From positions 124,001 through 188,000 of the forward strand of contig JASANG010001128.1 of the NCBI GenBank assembly GCA_030248215.1: a stretch of DNA of 64,000 nt, given 5' to 3'. Numbering within the stretch: the stretch's first letter is position 1; each line of letters begins with the position of its first letter. The DNA is from Enoplolaimus lenunculus (lineage: Eukaryota). The translations under genes and the position numbers were made by a program. The notes under the pieces were generated by a model. It did not search any database. It saw nothing but the letters and a program-made list of their open reading frames with translations, and was not told the origin of the DNA. Below are positions 40,461-54,224 of this stretch, one piece after another.

Positions 40461-41744
40461 GTAAGTTGCAAACAAATATTTGCAAAATTTTTTAAAAAAT
40501 TTGCTCGAATGTTCAAATGTTTTCAGTGACAAATATGTTTTCCTTATTAATACAATGATTTTCAGACTATATTTCATAACTTTTTTCGGTAATCTTTCTG
40601 GTTTAACAGAAATACTTTTCAAGTGCTCCTGATTAATCATATTTCTTAAATGTAAGAAATTTCTCTTTAAATATCAGAAATATTATTTTGCGTGTACTTT
40701 GTTTTATTTACAATATATACTCAATAACTATTAATTTCGACGTAGTATTAATCCCCTCTTATGATCTATAAGCTACTGTTTCTGTGAAACGGCAATTTTT
40801 GGGTTTTCAACGGCAGGAATCCTGGAACCCGACCCGCAGCCAAAACGGACCAGGACCCGACCCCCATAACATTTTGAACCTTGTTTGTAACTCATCGAAA
40901 ACTATTACATACCGTTTCTGAAAAATGTTTAGCCTCCCTAGCAAGGTGACCTGGCTATAAGCCTGCCTGGAATACATAAACGTCAGCTCTAGCCGGAGCT
41001 TAAGTGACTTATTTCACTTTTAGATAACAATTCTTAATGCTAAATTAGAACATAAAATATTTAGTATATTTTTGGTCGATAAGGTTATCCACTGTGATTA
41101 TCATAGAAATAGTTATCTTGGTTTTGAGTAAGGAAGTTAGTGTACCCACCGTGAAATAACTTAATCTATATTCATGAAGATAAACGCTGAGACAGTCTTT
41201 TGAGTTTGAATATTACCGCGTAAACTAGAATTTTAAGTTTTACTTAAACTGACATGTTTTTAAGGTTAACACGAGTTTAAGTAAACATATTTTTAGTTTA
41301 AGTGACAAGGGCAGCACAGAAATTATGTGAATCTAAGAAATCATTAATTTTACCTTAAACTGAAAATATATAAGATTTAAATGAATTTAAGCGTAAACCT
41401 ATCCGTTAGTTTAGTTAATCTAGAAATTTAAGTTTAATACTGCTAGATTACCTTAAACTTAAATGAATTTAGTTTAAACATTTAAAAGTATGTAAAAGCC
41501 TTAGCGTAAGGAAACAGTTTAAGACGAAGCGCCTAAGCCTCAGCAAAAACATTAAGTCTACACAGAATTTACCCAGTTGTATACTCTTATATCATGCACT
41601 CTTGCTTATAATAACTTAAAATCTTAATCTGAATGCTAATTAATCGGTACTGTTTTGAATGTTGGTTACGTAAGGCATCTGAGTTCAGCATTCATACCCA
41701 TTTGCTGAAAATTTTTCGACATCAATAAAAGAACCGCTAGCAAC

Positions 41745-41916
41745 GGAATCTACGACAGCTCGACGCCTGACAACTTGTAACCCAAGAGTAGCCTAAAGTC
41801 AATGAATAAACCTAATCCTAAGCCTGAACCTAAGCCTAATGATGAGCGACAAATTGTCGAATCGATGAAATTTCAGATTACAAGTTGTCTGGTGACGAAT
41901 TGTTGCGTGATACCGT
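41745..41916. mobile_element. CGACAA/TTGTCG-rich dispersed repeat, family H, with internal GCCTAA motifs; copies at 1-140, ~6975-7135, 9900-10086, 15255-15440, 19600-19748, 43250-43515
   Basis: Shared core cgacaaattgtcgagtcgatgaaatttc(g/a)gattacaagttgtc; imperfect inverted ends. Confidence 0.72.
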
Positions 41917-42070
41917 TAGAAATAATTACTATCCCGTCTGGTTAGTATCACTTAACTCCTTGTCAGGTCCGTAGCCAGTTACCCTGCTAGGAGGGAGACG
42001 TAAAATTTCTACGATTTTCGAAGACTTATAATCAAGGTTAACAATTTTTAAACGGGTCAAAATTGTTCTA

Positions 42071-42279
42071 CACTGCAAAAAATGGTGAGTCAAATTGACT
42101 CTCTTCGAAACAGGCTCTACGGGACTGCACAAACTGAGTCAAATTCGACTCCGCCAGAGTCAAACGTGCGACTCAGTGAATCGAATTTGACTCTGGAGGA
42201 GTCGAATTTTGACTCAATTTGTGTAGTCCCGTAAAGCCTATTTCGGGGAGAGTCAATTTGACTCACCTTTTTTGCAGTG
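42071..42279. mobile_element. Fold-back MITE family D nested in a family E copy (~41965-42322)
   Basis: ta|cactgcaaaaaatggtgagtc...gactcaccttttttgcagtg|ta. Confidence 0.88.
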
Positions 42280-43663
42280 TAGTAGCGGCTGTGCCCACCT
42301 AGCCGCCTTTTGGCTACTGGCTTACTGCTTGTCCCTGGGGGTAGAAACCAAAACTCTCAAGTGTCAAATATTCAAACGGATCCGGAAATTATTTCGCACC
42401 ACTTAGCACCAGACTATTAAACTCGTGGTCAAACAAGAAACTCACCCATGCTGTGAGAGAGGCTTCTGTTTTCAGTCTGCAGGATCCATAATAGACCGAC
42501 TTGGGTCGTTGAGACCTCATACAGCGAGGGTATGTCGTATCCGATAAGTATCGAAACGTGAAACATTTAATTGAAAATTTATTCCAATTTTCAAATTTGA
42601 ATGCTAATTTCCTGCTCATACAGTTGAAATAACGCGAGCGCATTGCATGCGCTCTTGATGCCAATACTAGCGTTTTGATATTCTAGGTCTCAAGGCTGGA
42701 ACCAGACCGGTTCTGCAGGAGCAGGCTAGTGTGCCCCCCAAAATTCCTGCGATGATCAAAATGTTTTTCAAATATTTTGATTTAAAATCGTGTTAGGGTG
42801 TGGCCTCCCAAATGGGGGGTACGCGGGTAGCTGCTCAGGCCCTGTCGGATTCGGTGGGTTCGTAATATATACAGCGACAGAAGACTCGCGAGCGAAGAGA
42901 TCGAAAAGCCAAATGCAATTTGAACGAATGCAAAATTTGGTTTGTCTCAGTCTCGCAAGCGATCCGATTCATCGGATTCCTTAGATGTACCCCGTTTGTG
43001 CCCAAGTACAGCCTGGGTACGCGAGCCTTGGCTGCGACCGGTTGCATCCCTGATAGTTTTAGGTTTCGGTTTCCACATAGTTTTAAAATTGTTTCACTAG
43101 GGGGTGATGTTTTAGTTTAGTGGTGTCCAAATTAATTCGATTCTGCTCTCTTGCCAAAACGGGTCAATTGACTCTGATTGTAAGTATTTGAAGTACTCCG
43201 CACGTTGCACCCGATGATATTTTGAAGTTTGCTGTAAAATATTATACGATATCACGATAATTCGTCGCCAGACAACTCGTCGACTGACAACTTGTAAACA
43301 CTAGCGAATCCAGAGGGGGGACGTACGCTCCCCCCCCCGTCAGAAATTTTTTTCATGCTAAAATGGTAAGGTCCCACTGCACAACAATTTTTGAGTTTTA
43401 TAACATTTGCCAGCCCGCACCCCCGTCAAAATGTTTTAGAATTATGCCTAGATTGATTAATATGCTTTATGACACTGCTGGGCAACAAGTTGTCGGGCGG
43501 CGAATTATCGTAGATTTATACTTTACACTGAGATGCGTCCGTACGCCAAGCTGTAAAAAAATTCATTATACTAAGCTTATTCAGTAATACTTCCGCCTTC
43601 TTACACTAAATAATACCGGTCTAACGGTCTTATATTAAACTAGTCAGCGCGGTTGCAATATTT

Positions 43664-43776
43664 GGCTTAGACTTAGGCTTAAGCTTAGGCTTAGGCTTAA
43701 GCTTAGGCTTAAACTTAGGCTTAGGCTTAGGCTTAGGCTTAAGCATACGTTTACGCTTAGGCTTAGGATTAGGCAT
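43664..43776 (+). repeat. Interstitial degenerate (TTAGGC)n telomere-like tract
   Basis: Run of TTAGGC/TTAAGC/TTAGAC hexamers. Confidence 0.85.
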
Positions 43777-44675
43777 ATGTTTTGGGTTTATAATTAAACC
43801 TGAACCGAGGAGGGTTATTTTAATTTGATTATATTAATGTCATCAGAATTGACATAAACCAGGGTTTTTATTAAATTAATATTTTTTTAAAAGGTCAAAC
43901 GAAATTTTTGCCTGTTTGTTTCGTAGTCGCTAAAAATAGAGAAAAAAATCACAAATTTGGCTTGGGTTTGTTTGTTTTTAGCCAATTTAAGTGATGTCGG
44001 TATTCTCAAATGATTGTAGCATGCATCTATTATCAGTGTGATTTGGCCGTTAATAATGTTTCATGATATTCTCAAATGTGTATAGCACCTATTATCAGTT
44101 GATGTTGGTTTTCGTAAACCATGCGAGTTTCGAAATTGAGCACATTTATTATTACAAATTTCACTCAACACTCAATTTCAAATGTGGCCATCGACGTAGT
44201 CCAGGCACGTACTCAGTATTTTAGACTATACAGTGTAATGCTGGAAAGTTGCCCGAAACACGTATGTGAGACATTTCACCTTTTATTATATAAATGTAAA
44301 GTTTAAGCAAGTCAACTGCTTAATTGTTTGAAATTAACAATTGACAACAGCTAAAATGGGTCTTAGAAATTACCAAATTACGATAACGAAAACTATGTAT
44401 TAGATAGAATTCAAGGCTACGCCCATGTGTCCGTTAGAAGATTTTTGGGGGGAATTTGTCTATGAGAGGAATTTCGGCGTGAAGGGTGTAACATGCGGAT
44501 GCATAGGACAAGTACTAACCTCATGCTAATGCTGCACATCGGTAAAAATCACAGCTGCATATGTAGTGCCTTCATTTGCAACAGCAGTAAATACATTGAA
44601 GAACCAAGATACATTTGTATAATGTTGAAGTTCTTATAAGGCATAAAAACAGAAAAAACTCTACAGTTGATTGTG

Positions 44676-44900
44676 AGGCGGCGTGGCTCAGTGGCTAGCG
44701 CGCTGGACTGATTGAGTTCGAAACCTCCTGAGAACGTCCCTCATTTTCAGCTGCTAACTGAGAACTAAAAACTGTCGTACCCTAGCCTACCTAACTTATC
44801 ACAAAGCGCGGTGGAGAATAATATCTGATTAGCTGTAAGCTTTTGTCATTGGAAAATTTTCGCTGGGATAAGTTAACTAGTGGTTGTTAACCCTAAGCTA
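44676..44900 (+). mobile_element. tRNA-derived SINE-like element
   Basis: A box TGGCTCAGTGG and B box GTTCGAAAC, followed by tttcagctgct as in the 51541 copy; 3' end uncertain. Confidence 0.55.
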
Positions 44901-47900
44901 CGAGACACATTTTGTGGGTCGGCCAAAGTTTTATAATATGAACGGAGTACTACTGAATTCAACTCCTGTACTGAACTTTTATGTGTACTCATAGCGAAAC
45001 GTTTTTAATTCTGTTCGCATTTTGTGTGTTATTTTCCGGAATTGTTGCAACCACAGTGGTAGTAAATTACAGTCTTATTTATATACTAAATTTTACAAAC
45101 TGCAGTTGATTTTCGTAATTTCAAATGGGGGTGGTATCGCGACCCCCACTGCCGTTCTTATTTTAATACTGACACATTTTCTAGGGATCAAATCGTGTCC
45201 CCATTGGAACTATAATAGGAAACGGTCACAGTTTAAGTTAGCAGGTTAAAACATCCCTATTAAGGTCCACCGTCAGTTATGTGGGTATAGTTGTTTTATC
45301 ACCAAAATGCCCTAAATTTAAAATTTAGTTGTATTCGATTATATAGGTGCATACCCAGAGGTTTTAAATTCTGGGGACGGGCATCGAAAAACGACTAAAA
45401 TATTAAGTTAAAATAGTTGGCAAACTCTTAACGACCGTTCATTGGATCAATGCCTTTACCTGACACGATTCAATACGGCAGGGGACACGGTTCTTGCCCC
45501 TCCCCCCCCCGATCGATGCGCTCCAGTTAAATTTGAGCCGGAGATAGGAGAAGTTTGGCGGGGGGGGGGGCAGCTGAAAGCGCATGGTTGTGAAACATTT
45601 TTACTACGCTGAAAGGGTGATTGTTTTGACGTAATTGAAATATATACAGTTTGTTGACGATTTTAGTATATGTTACACGCCCGTGTTGTTACTTTAGACT
45701 AAATTCAAAGTTGTTTCACAATTTTACACGTAAATTAATTTTATAATAAGCTTAAAAGCTCACAATTTTGCCGATATATACGTATATATATGTCGTCGTC
45801 CAAGTCGTAATTCAGCTCAGTTCCGAATTGGGCTTGCCCAGCGCGGAATTACAATTTGGGCTGGCCGACGATGTAATTGTTTCTCGGCTACAAGTGCACG
45901 CGTTGTGATTGGTTACTACTTTAATGCCGTACTCAAATACGATTCTTTGGATAAACTGTGTATTTAGCGGCCGCGTCGTTGAACAAGAGTTGAATAGCGT
46001 TAACATTGGGAATGAGCATCTGATACGGTTGTGATTTTCGCTATATCGCAAAACTTCATTACAGCGCAAATCAGCGAATTACCAGCGATTTTTAAATACC
46101 GGTTTGAGTTCAGCCGAGGTAAAAGGTGGGTCGCGAATAAACCTTTTTTGCGCGAGCATACCCGCGGGTAAAAATCTTTAGTTTACGTGGTTAAATCGCG
46201 GGTCGGGTAAAAAATCCTTACCCACTTCCCACTCTGGTGTGGCAGAACAGCCCACCCTTCTCGCAAGCTCAAAATTCCTAAAAATTTACTGTGAGACTTG
46301 ACCAGGATTTTAAAAACGGGGGCTTACTTTCTATTAAAAATTCAAATTACACGGCTATTTCCGCTAACCAATGAGAAAGTGCTTAAATACCTGTTGATCA
46401 AAATTTCAAATGCCGGATTTTACTGTTACATATCACTCCCCTTCTACGGCCACGAATACGTCTACTGTTACTATCATTCCCATTGAAAATTCACCTTGCT
46501 CCAGGGGGCGGTAAAATATTTTCAGTAACAGCATACAAGGATTTTCGTTGACTTACAAACAAAGTTGAAAATTTTCTACATTTCTAAGGGGAGGTAAAAT
46601 TTTTCCAGGGTAGTGTGTGCCCCCCCATTGACTACGGGTCCGTTTACTAAATGTAACTGGTAATAGGTGCTACACACATTTTATAGTACAGCTTAAAGCG
46701 GCTTAATAATGAATTTAGTAAAACGCTTCAGCTTACAAGTAATGTAGACAAAAAAATCCTGTGGTTTTAGATGAATAGCTTTTGACGATGATTTTGCTGT
46801 CAGTGGTAGACTGGTAAAATCGAGCACACACTCTTGTGTCTAAAATCAGTGTTCATCTAAATTTGGATACCTGATTTTGCTGGGTGCAATTTCAAATTAG
46901 ACAATGTGCCGAAAGGGCTATTAGTGATCCCGATTTCAACCCGTCCGTGCCCGTAGAAGAGGGGAGGGAGCAGTGCGGATCAGCTCCCCCCGGAAAATCA
47001 TTTCCTCCTAGAGAATTTTCAATTTTGCTTGTAACTCAACGAAAACCCTTGTATGCCCTTCCTGAAAAAATTTTAGCCTCCGCTAGTCAGGTGAGCTGGC
47101 TACTGGCCTGAATCCGTCTCTGTCTAAGGGTCGAGTATTTTGCCTATAGGCAGGTTGCTTATTGTGTTTTGAAATCTCGTAAACATTCCTAATCCTTCGA
47201 TACATACAGAAATTCGCTGCGTGGGTTCTACTGTTCTGATTATTCCGTTGCTATTATTTTAGACAGATTCAAATAGCGTTTAGTTTGAATCAAATGGTAT
47301 AAATAAATAAGATGTGGTTAATATTTTACCGAAATCAATGAATAATTTCAAATTAATGTACGTTAACCTAACGAATTTCGAGTTTTACCGAACCTTCTCA
47401 GAGCCGATGTTTGCTCAAAAATGGTTGGGTTTTTAAATTTTTTTGTATATTTGAGCTTCTCATGACCTCCGCTGATCATTCTACGTTCAAATTTGAATTT
47501 TTGAAAAATTGTAAGCTGCTAAGCAATACAAAACTCAGGTACTATTTATTGGTTGGTTGTATAATTCATACCTTTAGGCTCTACTACTGGGTATGCGAGA
47601 AGTATAATACCAATGCGTAGCAAAGTCTTCGAAACGACTTCTAATTAAACCAAGTGTAAACATTTACCAACTAGAAACAAAACTGGGGGTAATTGTCGTT
47701 TGGGAGGCTTGTGAGAGCTTTGCTCTTATTAAGCTTAGGTTTAGGTTTCGGCTGAATAGGTAGGTAGACCCCAATAGCTAACATTGACTATAAGTTTTAG
47801 AACCAAAGGCTTACTGAATAGCCTGTAGAAATATGATCAAAATATGTTTGTTGTTTTTGCATGCTACCACAGTTTAAATAACCGTTAAAATGAAACTTAT

Positions 47901-48000
47901 TGCGACTTAGGCTTTAGGCTTAGGATTATTCAAAACGCCCGGCCTTCGAATCAGAAGGATTGGTCGAAACCAAATACAAATATGTGTTTTTTCGTTTCAG

Positions 48001-48091
48001 AACAACAGTTTCCATATTCAATGGATCGAGAAAGTGTTCGAAAAGACCATGAAGATATTCTGGAACCAGAAGCTTTGGAAACATTATACAA
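48001..48091 (+). CDS. DLC1: SAM-domain exon 2 (EQQFPYSMDRESVRKDHEDILEPEALETLYK)
   Basis: cgtttcAG acceptor, AA|GTAAGC donor, phase 1 to 2; resembles the family FP.D...V..DH.FL....E.L.R segment; absent from the ORF track. Confidence 0.88.
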
Positions 48092-48117
48092 GTAAGCGAT
48101 GCACCTATGCCCGGTAC

Positions 48118-48273
48118 AAGGCCCGTAGCTAGCTCATCATGCTAGGGTGGCTAAAAAATTTTTTACGAGGGGCAATTCATGGGTTTTAGTGACTTGCAAG
48201 CAAGGTTGAAAATTTTCAATGGGGGCCAAAATTTTTCCCGAGGGGCTGAATCTCCCTCTTGGCTACGGGCCTG
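48118..48273 (+). mobile_element. MITE family E (hAT-like, TIR CAGGCCCGTAGC, 8-bp TSD); roughly 15-20 copies in the window
   Basis: TSD CCCGGTAC; related copies near 13346, 14203, 18780, 19243, 23868, 26349, 28613, 33300, 36712, 40830, 46490, 46946, 48625, 50975, 51930, 62358. Confidence 0.85.
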
Positions 48274-49443
48274 CCCGGTACTTGGTAGGGTCAAAAAACC
48301 TAAAATTATAATCTCTTAGGTGTAGTAAGTAGATGAAAAAGTGAGAGTGTTATTCTTCCCTATCCCAAGAAGGATGTGGAAGGTAAACTTTCATTTTTCG
48401 TCTACTGTTAATTCTAAATTTAGAGCATAATCGTCTGTTTGATTAAATATTTTATATACAGCGGTCGTTTTATTTTTACCCCCCCCCCCTCAAAACGTGA
48501 TATTAAAGGATGTTCTATACTCGACGTTCGCCGACGGTGGACACCACTGCGAGTCTGTTTTTAAACTGATTTTATTTCTAATTTGCAGTGCCGGACGGCA
48601 GCTCGCGGCACAGTAAAGCAGGCTCGTACCCTGCTCGCCTTGCTGGGGCTCACCTGGCAGGGGGCGGCTAACATTTTTCAGGTGGGGTATACAAGGGTTT
48701 TCTTTGCTCTATAAGCAATGTTGAAAATTTTCTAGGGGGGTGGCAAATTTTTTCTTGGGAGGATGACCCCCGGGCTCCCACTTGGCTACGGGCCCGCAGT
48801 AAAGTATAGCGCGACTTTTTACTTTGCTGGGAATTTTAGCAAGAAAGCTAAGCATGGCCGTAAATATACATTCTATAAAATTGCAAAAGGCGTTTGTTGT
48901 GTTGCAAACTGAAACCCGTATCTAAAAACCCCTTTACATATGCAAATTTTTTAAAAATTAATCTACTCTCTAAAAGCTTAAACTAACTTGATTTGAGCTT
49001 AACGTAATCCAGCAGTAATAAACTAACTTTTTAAATTAACTGAACTAACAGGTTGGTTTACGCTTTAGACTCATTTAAAATGTTACATATTTCCAGTTTA
49101 AGCTAAACTTAACGAACTCTTAGATACACATAATTTCTGGGCTGCACTTGTTACTTAAACTAAAAATCAGTTTACTACTAAAACTTGTGTTAAGCTTAAA
49201 ACACGTTAGTTTAAATAAAACTCAAAATTGTAGTTTAGTTACTCCGTTCAGCCATTTTAGTTTCACTTAAACAAAGATTGAAATTTAGTCAACCTATAAT
49301 TTAAATTTAAGTTTTCATATAGTAGGTGTTGTAACTCAAAGTTAATTTCTAAATGTTTAACACCGCTCCTTTGTCAGTTATAAGTAATCCTCCTATCTTT
49401 CTATTTTTGGTCTTTGTTTCAAAAAATTCGTCATGATAGACAC

Positions 49444-49864
49444 TAGGGTTCCATCGGAATTCCGATTCCGGCTAAAACTCCGGCAAAATTTGACTTCCGA
49501 TGTCGATTCCGACTGACTGCTGTCCCGATGCCGGAATTCTGATTTTTCGGTTATGGCTTTTAAAATGATTGGACTTAGAGTTTGGCTTGTCTCGTTTTGT
49601 TTCGTTCATTTGCAATTATTCTGTTGGTTTCTTCTTAGTAAATATTCCGAGTTGCTACGTGTACTCCGTCATTTATATAACAATTTTTACTGAAACTGTG
49701 AACAGTAACGGAATCACGCATACTGCAACAAAAGTTGAAAGTCATACACCTTTAACTTTTGAATAGAATTACTAAAATTTGATTTCGATTTCGGTTCCGA
49801 CAGAAAAATTTGATTCCAACTCCGATTCCACTTCCGACAAAATCTTGTTTCGGTTGGAACCCTG
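49444..49864. mobile_element. TIR element with subterminal TTCCGA repeats (hAT-like ends)
   Basis: tagggttccatcgg...cggttggaaccctg. Confidence 0.6.
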
Positions 49865-50278
49865 ACATACTCCAATGTTTATTGCCGCTGTGGAATCAGC
49901 TGGAACGATGCCCAAAATACGTATAGTCGGTGTTGTAGTTTTATTAATACGATTTAAAGTATACTTTGATTGATATGTGGGCGGCGTCAACGTTTCGGCT
50001 TGCGAGTGTTCACCAAGACTTATTTTAGGATTTTGAATAAATACCTTGTTATTATTTTTGTCATATTTGTCACAGATATAAAGATGTTATTCACCTGGGA
50101 ATCTATTAAAATTCTAATTTAGGATTTGAAAATAAGTTTTATGATTAAAATTACTTAGCTAAACTGAGATTGGCGTTCTGTGTTTTATGAACGATGACAA
50201 CATTGAGGCGAAAAAGTTTCATTACCCTCCTACGACGACTGCTTTCGTTCACATTTTTTGAAAGTTGTTTGTTTATTC

Positions 50279-50498
50279 GGCCCGTGTAAAGATCAGGGGC
50301 GGAACGTTTTTCTGTGGGACTACAATAACGTAAACTTAAGCTTTAGACTAATTTTTTACTTGGCGTAGGCTCAGGCTTAGGAATTAGGCTTAGGAATATG
50401 CTCATTCTTACGCTTAGGCTTAGGAATATGTTCATTCTTACGCTTAGGCTTAGAAATATGCTTATAATACTGTTGCGCCCCTGTTCTTTACATTGGCC
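50279..50498 (+). mobile_element. MITE family A
   Basis: ggcccgtgtaaagatcaggggcggaac...gcccctgttctttacattggcc. Confidence 0.87.
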
Positions 50499-51234
50499 TT
50501 GAATTCAGAGGCACGATTTTGTTTCAATAGAGTATAATCTCTCATGTAAATGTCAATACTTTCAACCGAGCTTATTGAGGCTTACGCGTTATTTTAACCT
50601 TTAGCATTCAATTTGTTATTCTAAAGTTTTCCAAATAAGGCGTTTTTTTGGCTGAATATATATTTTTCGGCCAACTGATAATTGTTTTTGGTAAACGTTA
50701 AGTGTCTGTTTAAGTAAAAATGGTTTAGCTTTCGGCAAAATAATCTTACGTACGTTTATATTCCCTGCTAGCTTACCTTGTATACCCTGTTGTTATTTGC
50801 GTTAGAATCAAAACAAATCCCACGTTGAATTCCAGTTTAATTTGCTAAGATGTTTCATAAGCATCGACACTTGAACTATAGTCCAAATACCGAACACGTT
50901 GTGTATGAAAAACACGCACCTGTTAAGCATGAGCGCAGCCAAAATATTCCGTATGGGTCCGGGGATGTAGCCCGGGCTCGTAGTCCGAGGGGGGGTGGCG
51001 GTCAGAAGGGCTCAGTCCCCCCTGGAAAAATTTAACTATTTACTAGAAAAGTTTTAAACTTGCTTGTAAATCATTGAAAACCCTTGTATGTCGCTCATTG
51101 TAAATTTTTCCAGGTTCCACCAGTAATATAAGTTGGCTACCGGTTTGGCGTGGGAAGGATTTTAGGTTCCGGATGGTCATGACCTCATGAAAAATTTGTT
51201 TTGACATTACATATTGAACCTGAGAAGGTTATTC

Positions 51235-51431
51235 GGCCCATATAAAGATCAAGGGCGGATCGTTTTTCTGTGGGACTGCAATAGAGTAAGCTTAAGCTTT
51301 AGACTAATTTTTTGCTTGGTTTAGGTTTAGGCTTAGGCTTAGGAATATACTCATTCTTACGATTACGCTTTTAGGCTTCGGCTTAGGAATATGCTTATAA
51401 TGCTGTTCCGCCCCTGTTCTTTACATTTGCC
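51235..51431 (+). mobile_element. MITE family A
   Basis: Family TIRs; perfect TSD GGTTATTC. Confidence 0.9.
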
Positions 51432-51540
51432 GGTTATTCTAAAACCTGTTAAATGTGTTGTTTTGTATTGCAGTACGTTGTATGTATGCTAACCGGTAGC
51501 GTACGGTCTACATAGTCGACGATAAAAGCAGTCTATAGAC

Positions 51541-51660
51541 GGGCGACGTGGCGCAGTGGTAGAGCGCTTGCATCGGAATCCTAAGTCCACTAGTTCGAGC
51601 CATTCCTGTATGCCTGCGTTTCCAGCTACTTAGTTAAAAACGTCTGAAGTCTTGATTCAT
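51541..51660 (+). mobile_element. tRNA-derived SINE-like head or tRNA pseudogene
   Basis: A box TGGCGCAGTGG and B box GTTCGAGCC; acceptor and anticodon stems do not pair. Confidence 0.6.
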
Positions 51661-52725
51661 CTCTTGTTGAATTAATTTACTATGGTCATTTTCTAACAAC
51701 AATGCAACTTGTAAGAGTAGCAATTATTGCCGAGTTTCAGCTAATCAGAATATCGATATTTGCATATATCAAATAGCTATTTTTGTCTATCTGATGTTCA
51801 TTGCCTCGGTTGACGCAAGGCGTAGTAGATCAAAGCTTAAATAACTTGCTGAAACATCATTGTCACGTAGACGACATGTCGCAATCTTCAAAGTTATTAT
51901 TTTTAAAATCGACTAAGACTTGCTCTCGCAGGTCCGAAGCCAAGGCGACCAGTTCAGCTCCCTCCTGGAAAAATTTTACCCCCCTCTGCAAATTTTCAGC
52001 GTTGATGGTAAATCGTTGAAAACTCTTGTATGCCCCTCGTGTAAATTTTTTACCCCCCCTTCTAGCAAGGTGAGCTGGCTACAGACGTGGTCCCGTATTA
52101 AAGTCTTGCCTATGACCCTGAGCTTAGATGACCGTTGGTACGGTTACTGAATATGTATATCTTGAGTAGACATCAAGGGACTGTATAAGTTCAGGCATCG
52201 AGGGGATATGTCTCCACCTAAAATTTCTGTGGACCAGAAGAAATGTAGCTTTAACTGGCTTTAGCAGAAACGGTGCCATCGTAGAACTGGAAACCTTTTT
52301 ATACGACGTTAATCGTCTCCCGAAATTATACCCCTTACGCTCCTGGTAATCCTGCAACTGGTTACCACTGATACAGTGACTCAAATATATCAAGAGGTCC
52401 AAAATATTGCATGACGGAGATGGTTAAAGTTAGCCTGGTTCATTAGTGGTCCCAAAATGTTTCAAGGTTGCCAAAATTTTTTTAGCACCAATACTTAGTT
52501 GTGCTTCTAGTTTTTAGTCTTGAGGCGTGAATTTGAGTTTTTTCGCCAAAATTTCAATAGTTTCGTTCAAAAATGTTGTATATTTTCAACTTGGAATGTT
52601 TCAATTGTGTTAAGCCCATAACACGGAACCTGGGGTTCGCTTTATTATCGTTTGGGACAACCGGAATTAAAACATTTATTTATACTGAATACTACTGTAA
52701 ACATTTCATTAAAGTGTGATTGACG

Positions 52726-52889
52726 CGGGCTCGTAGCCAAGGGGGGCAGGGGAATCTCAGCCCCCCCTGGAAAAATTTTGGCCCTCCCTAGAACATTTTC
52801 AACCTTGCTTGTAAGTCGCTGAAAACCGTTAATTGCCCCTCCTGAAAAATTTTTTAGCCCCCTAGCAAGGTTGGCAGGCTACGGGCCTG
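52726..52889 (-). mobile_element. MITE family E (hAT-like)
   Basis: cgggctcgtagcc...ggctacgggcctg with perfect TSD GATTGACG. Confidence 0.88.
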
Positions 52890-53370
52890 GATTGACGTAA
52901 AGCTGTTTTTGCTACATTTATTGAACTTTAATATACGAGTTCGTAGTCAAGCAGTGGTTTCTTGAATAAATTGAATTGAAACTATGATCTCGTCTGCGTT
53001 TCATTCCCGCACTCTTGTTATTGATGCTTTTGCATTCTGAACCAACATTACTTAGTGGTATATGTACCAAAATTTATTTTCTCTCGCGTTGTTCTGTGTA
53101 TAGTGACTGCTTTTGTACGATTAACACTATATTTTAAAGTTTTTATGTGCCACCCAAAGGAAACTCCTGGCTACGCCCATGATCCTTGCTTAAAAATAAC
53201 GTGTTTACCCCAAAATGTTATTCCATCTTATACTTCGGGCCGTCTACAAACATGTTCACTAACGGATCCAGAGGGAATGCTTAGGGGATGGCGTACGCTC
53301 CCCGTCACAAAATTTTTATGGTACATTGATAATGTCCCTTTACCTTACAATTTTCTCCCTTAGAAAATTG

Positions 53371-53602
53371 GGCCCATGTAAAGATCAGGGGCGAAACGTG
53401 TATCTGTTGAACTAGAATAGAATAAGCTAAAGTTTTAGACTAGTTTTTGCTTGGCTTTAGGCTTAGGCTTAGGAATAAACTCATTCTTACGCTTAGGCTT
53501 AGGCTTAGACTTAGCAATAAACTCATTCTTACGCTTAGGCTTAGTGCTTAGGCTTAGAACTAAGCTTATAATACTGTTCCGCCCCTGTTTTTTACATTGG
53601 CC
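53371..53602 (+). mobile_element. MITE family A nested in a family F element
   Basis: Family TIRs; perfect TSD GAAAATTG. Confidence 0.9.
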
Positions 53603-53952
53603 GAAAATTGGCACATATATAGCATACAGTGAACAAAATGCGTTTCATAACTTTTGCCAGCCGTTTGGTTCATATTTGTTCAAAGCAATTTTTACCAGGA
53701 TTTGAACCATAAAATTCACGGAACCAAAAATATGAAAACAATATATTTAATAAACAAAGACGGCATTCTAAACGTTCAAAATTATTCATTTTTCTTCGAG
53801 TAATATTTCAAAATTACTTGGCATCTGTATTTCAATCTGCATTAGCGTCGATCGCTCAAAACACAATTTGAAGCTGTAAATTTTGTAATCAATTCATAGT
53901 CAAAATTGTTCATTTTCATATATAGGTTAACCCGATTTATGTTAAGACAACT

Positions 53953-54224
53953 GGCCCATGTAAAGATCAGGGGCGAAACATTTTTCTGTTCGACTAGAAT
54001 AGAGCAAGCTTAAGTTTTACACTATTTTTTCCTTGGCTTAGGCTTAGGAATAAACTCATTCATAGGCTTAGGCTTTTTGCTTGGCTTAGGCTTTATCCCG
54101 CCCCCCCCAAAGCCCTCAAAACGCAAACAACCCCTCCCCAAAGGAATAAACTCATTCATAGGCTTAGGCTTAGGCTTGGGAATACGCTTATAATACTGTT
54201 CCGCCCCTGTTCTTTACATTGGCT
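53953..54224 (+). mobile_element. MITE family A with an internal insertion
   Basis: Family TIRs; extra C-rich segment at ~54090-54140. Confidence 0.82.

Noticed and set aside
43664..43776. True telomere or chromosome fusion site
   Set aside because: Short, degenerate, single orientation and intronic; better explained as a MITE-type interstitial tract.
51541..51615. Functional tRNA gene
   Set aside because: A and B boxes are present but the acceptor and anticodon stems do not base-pair.
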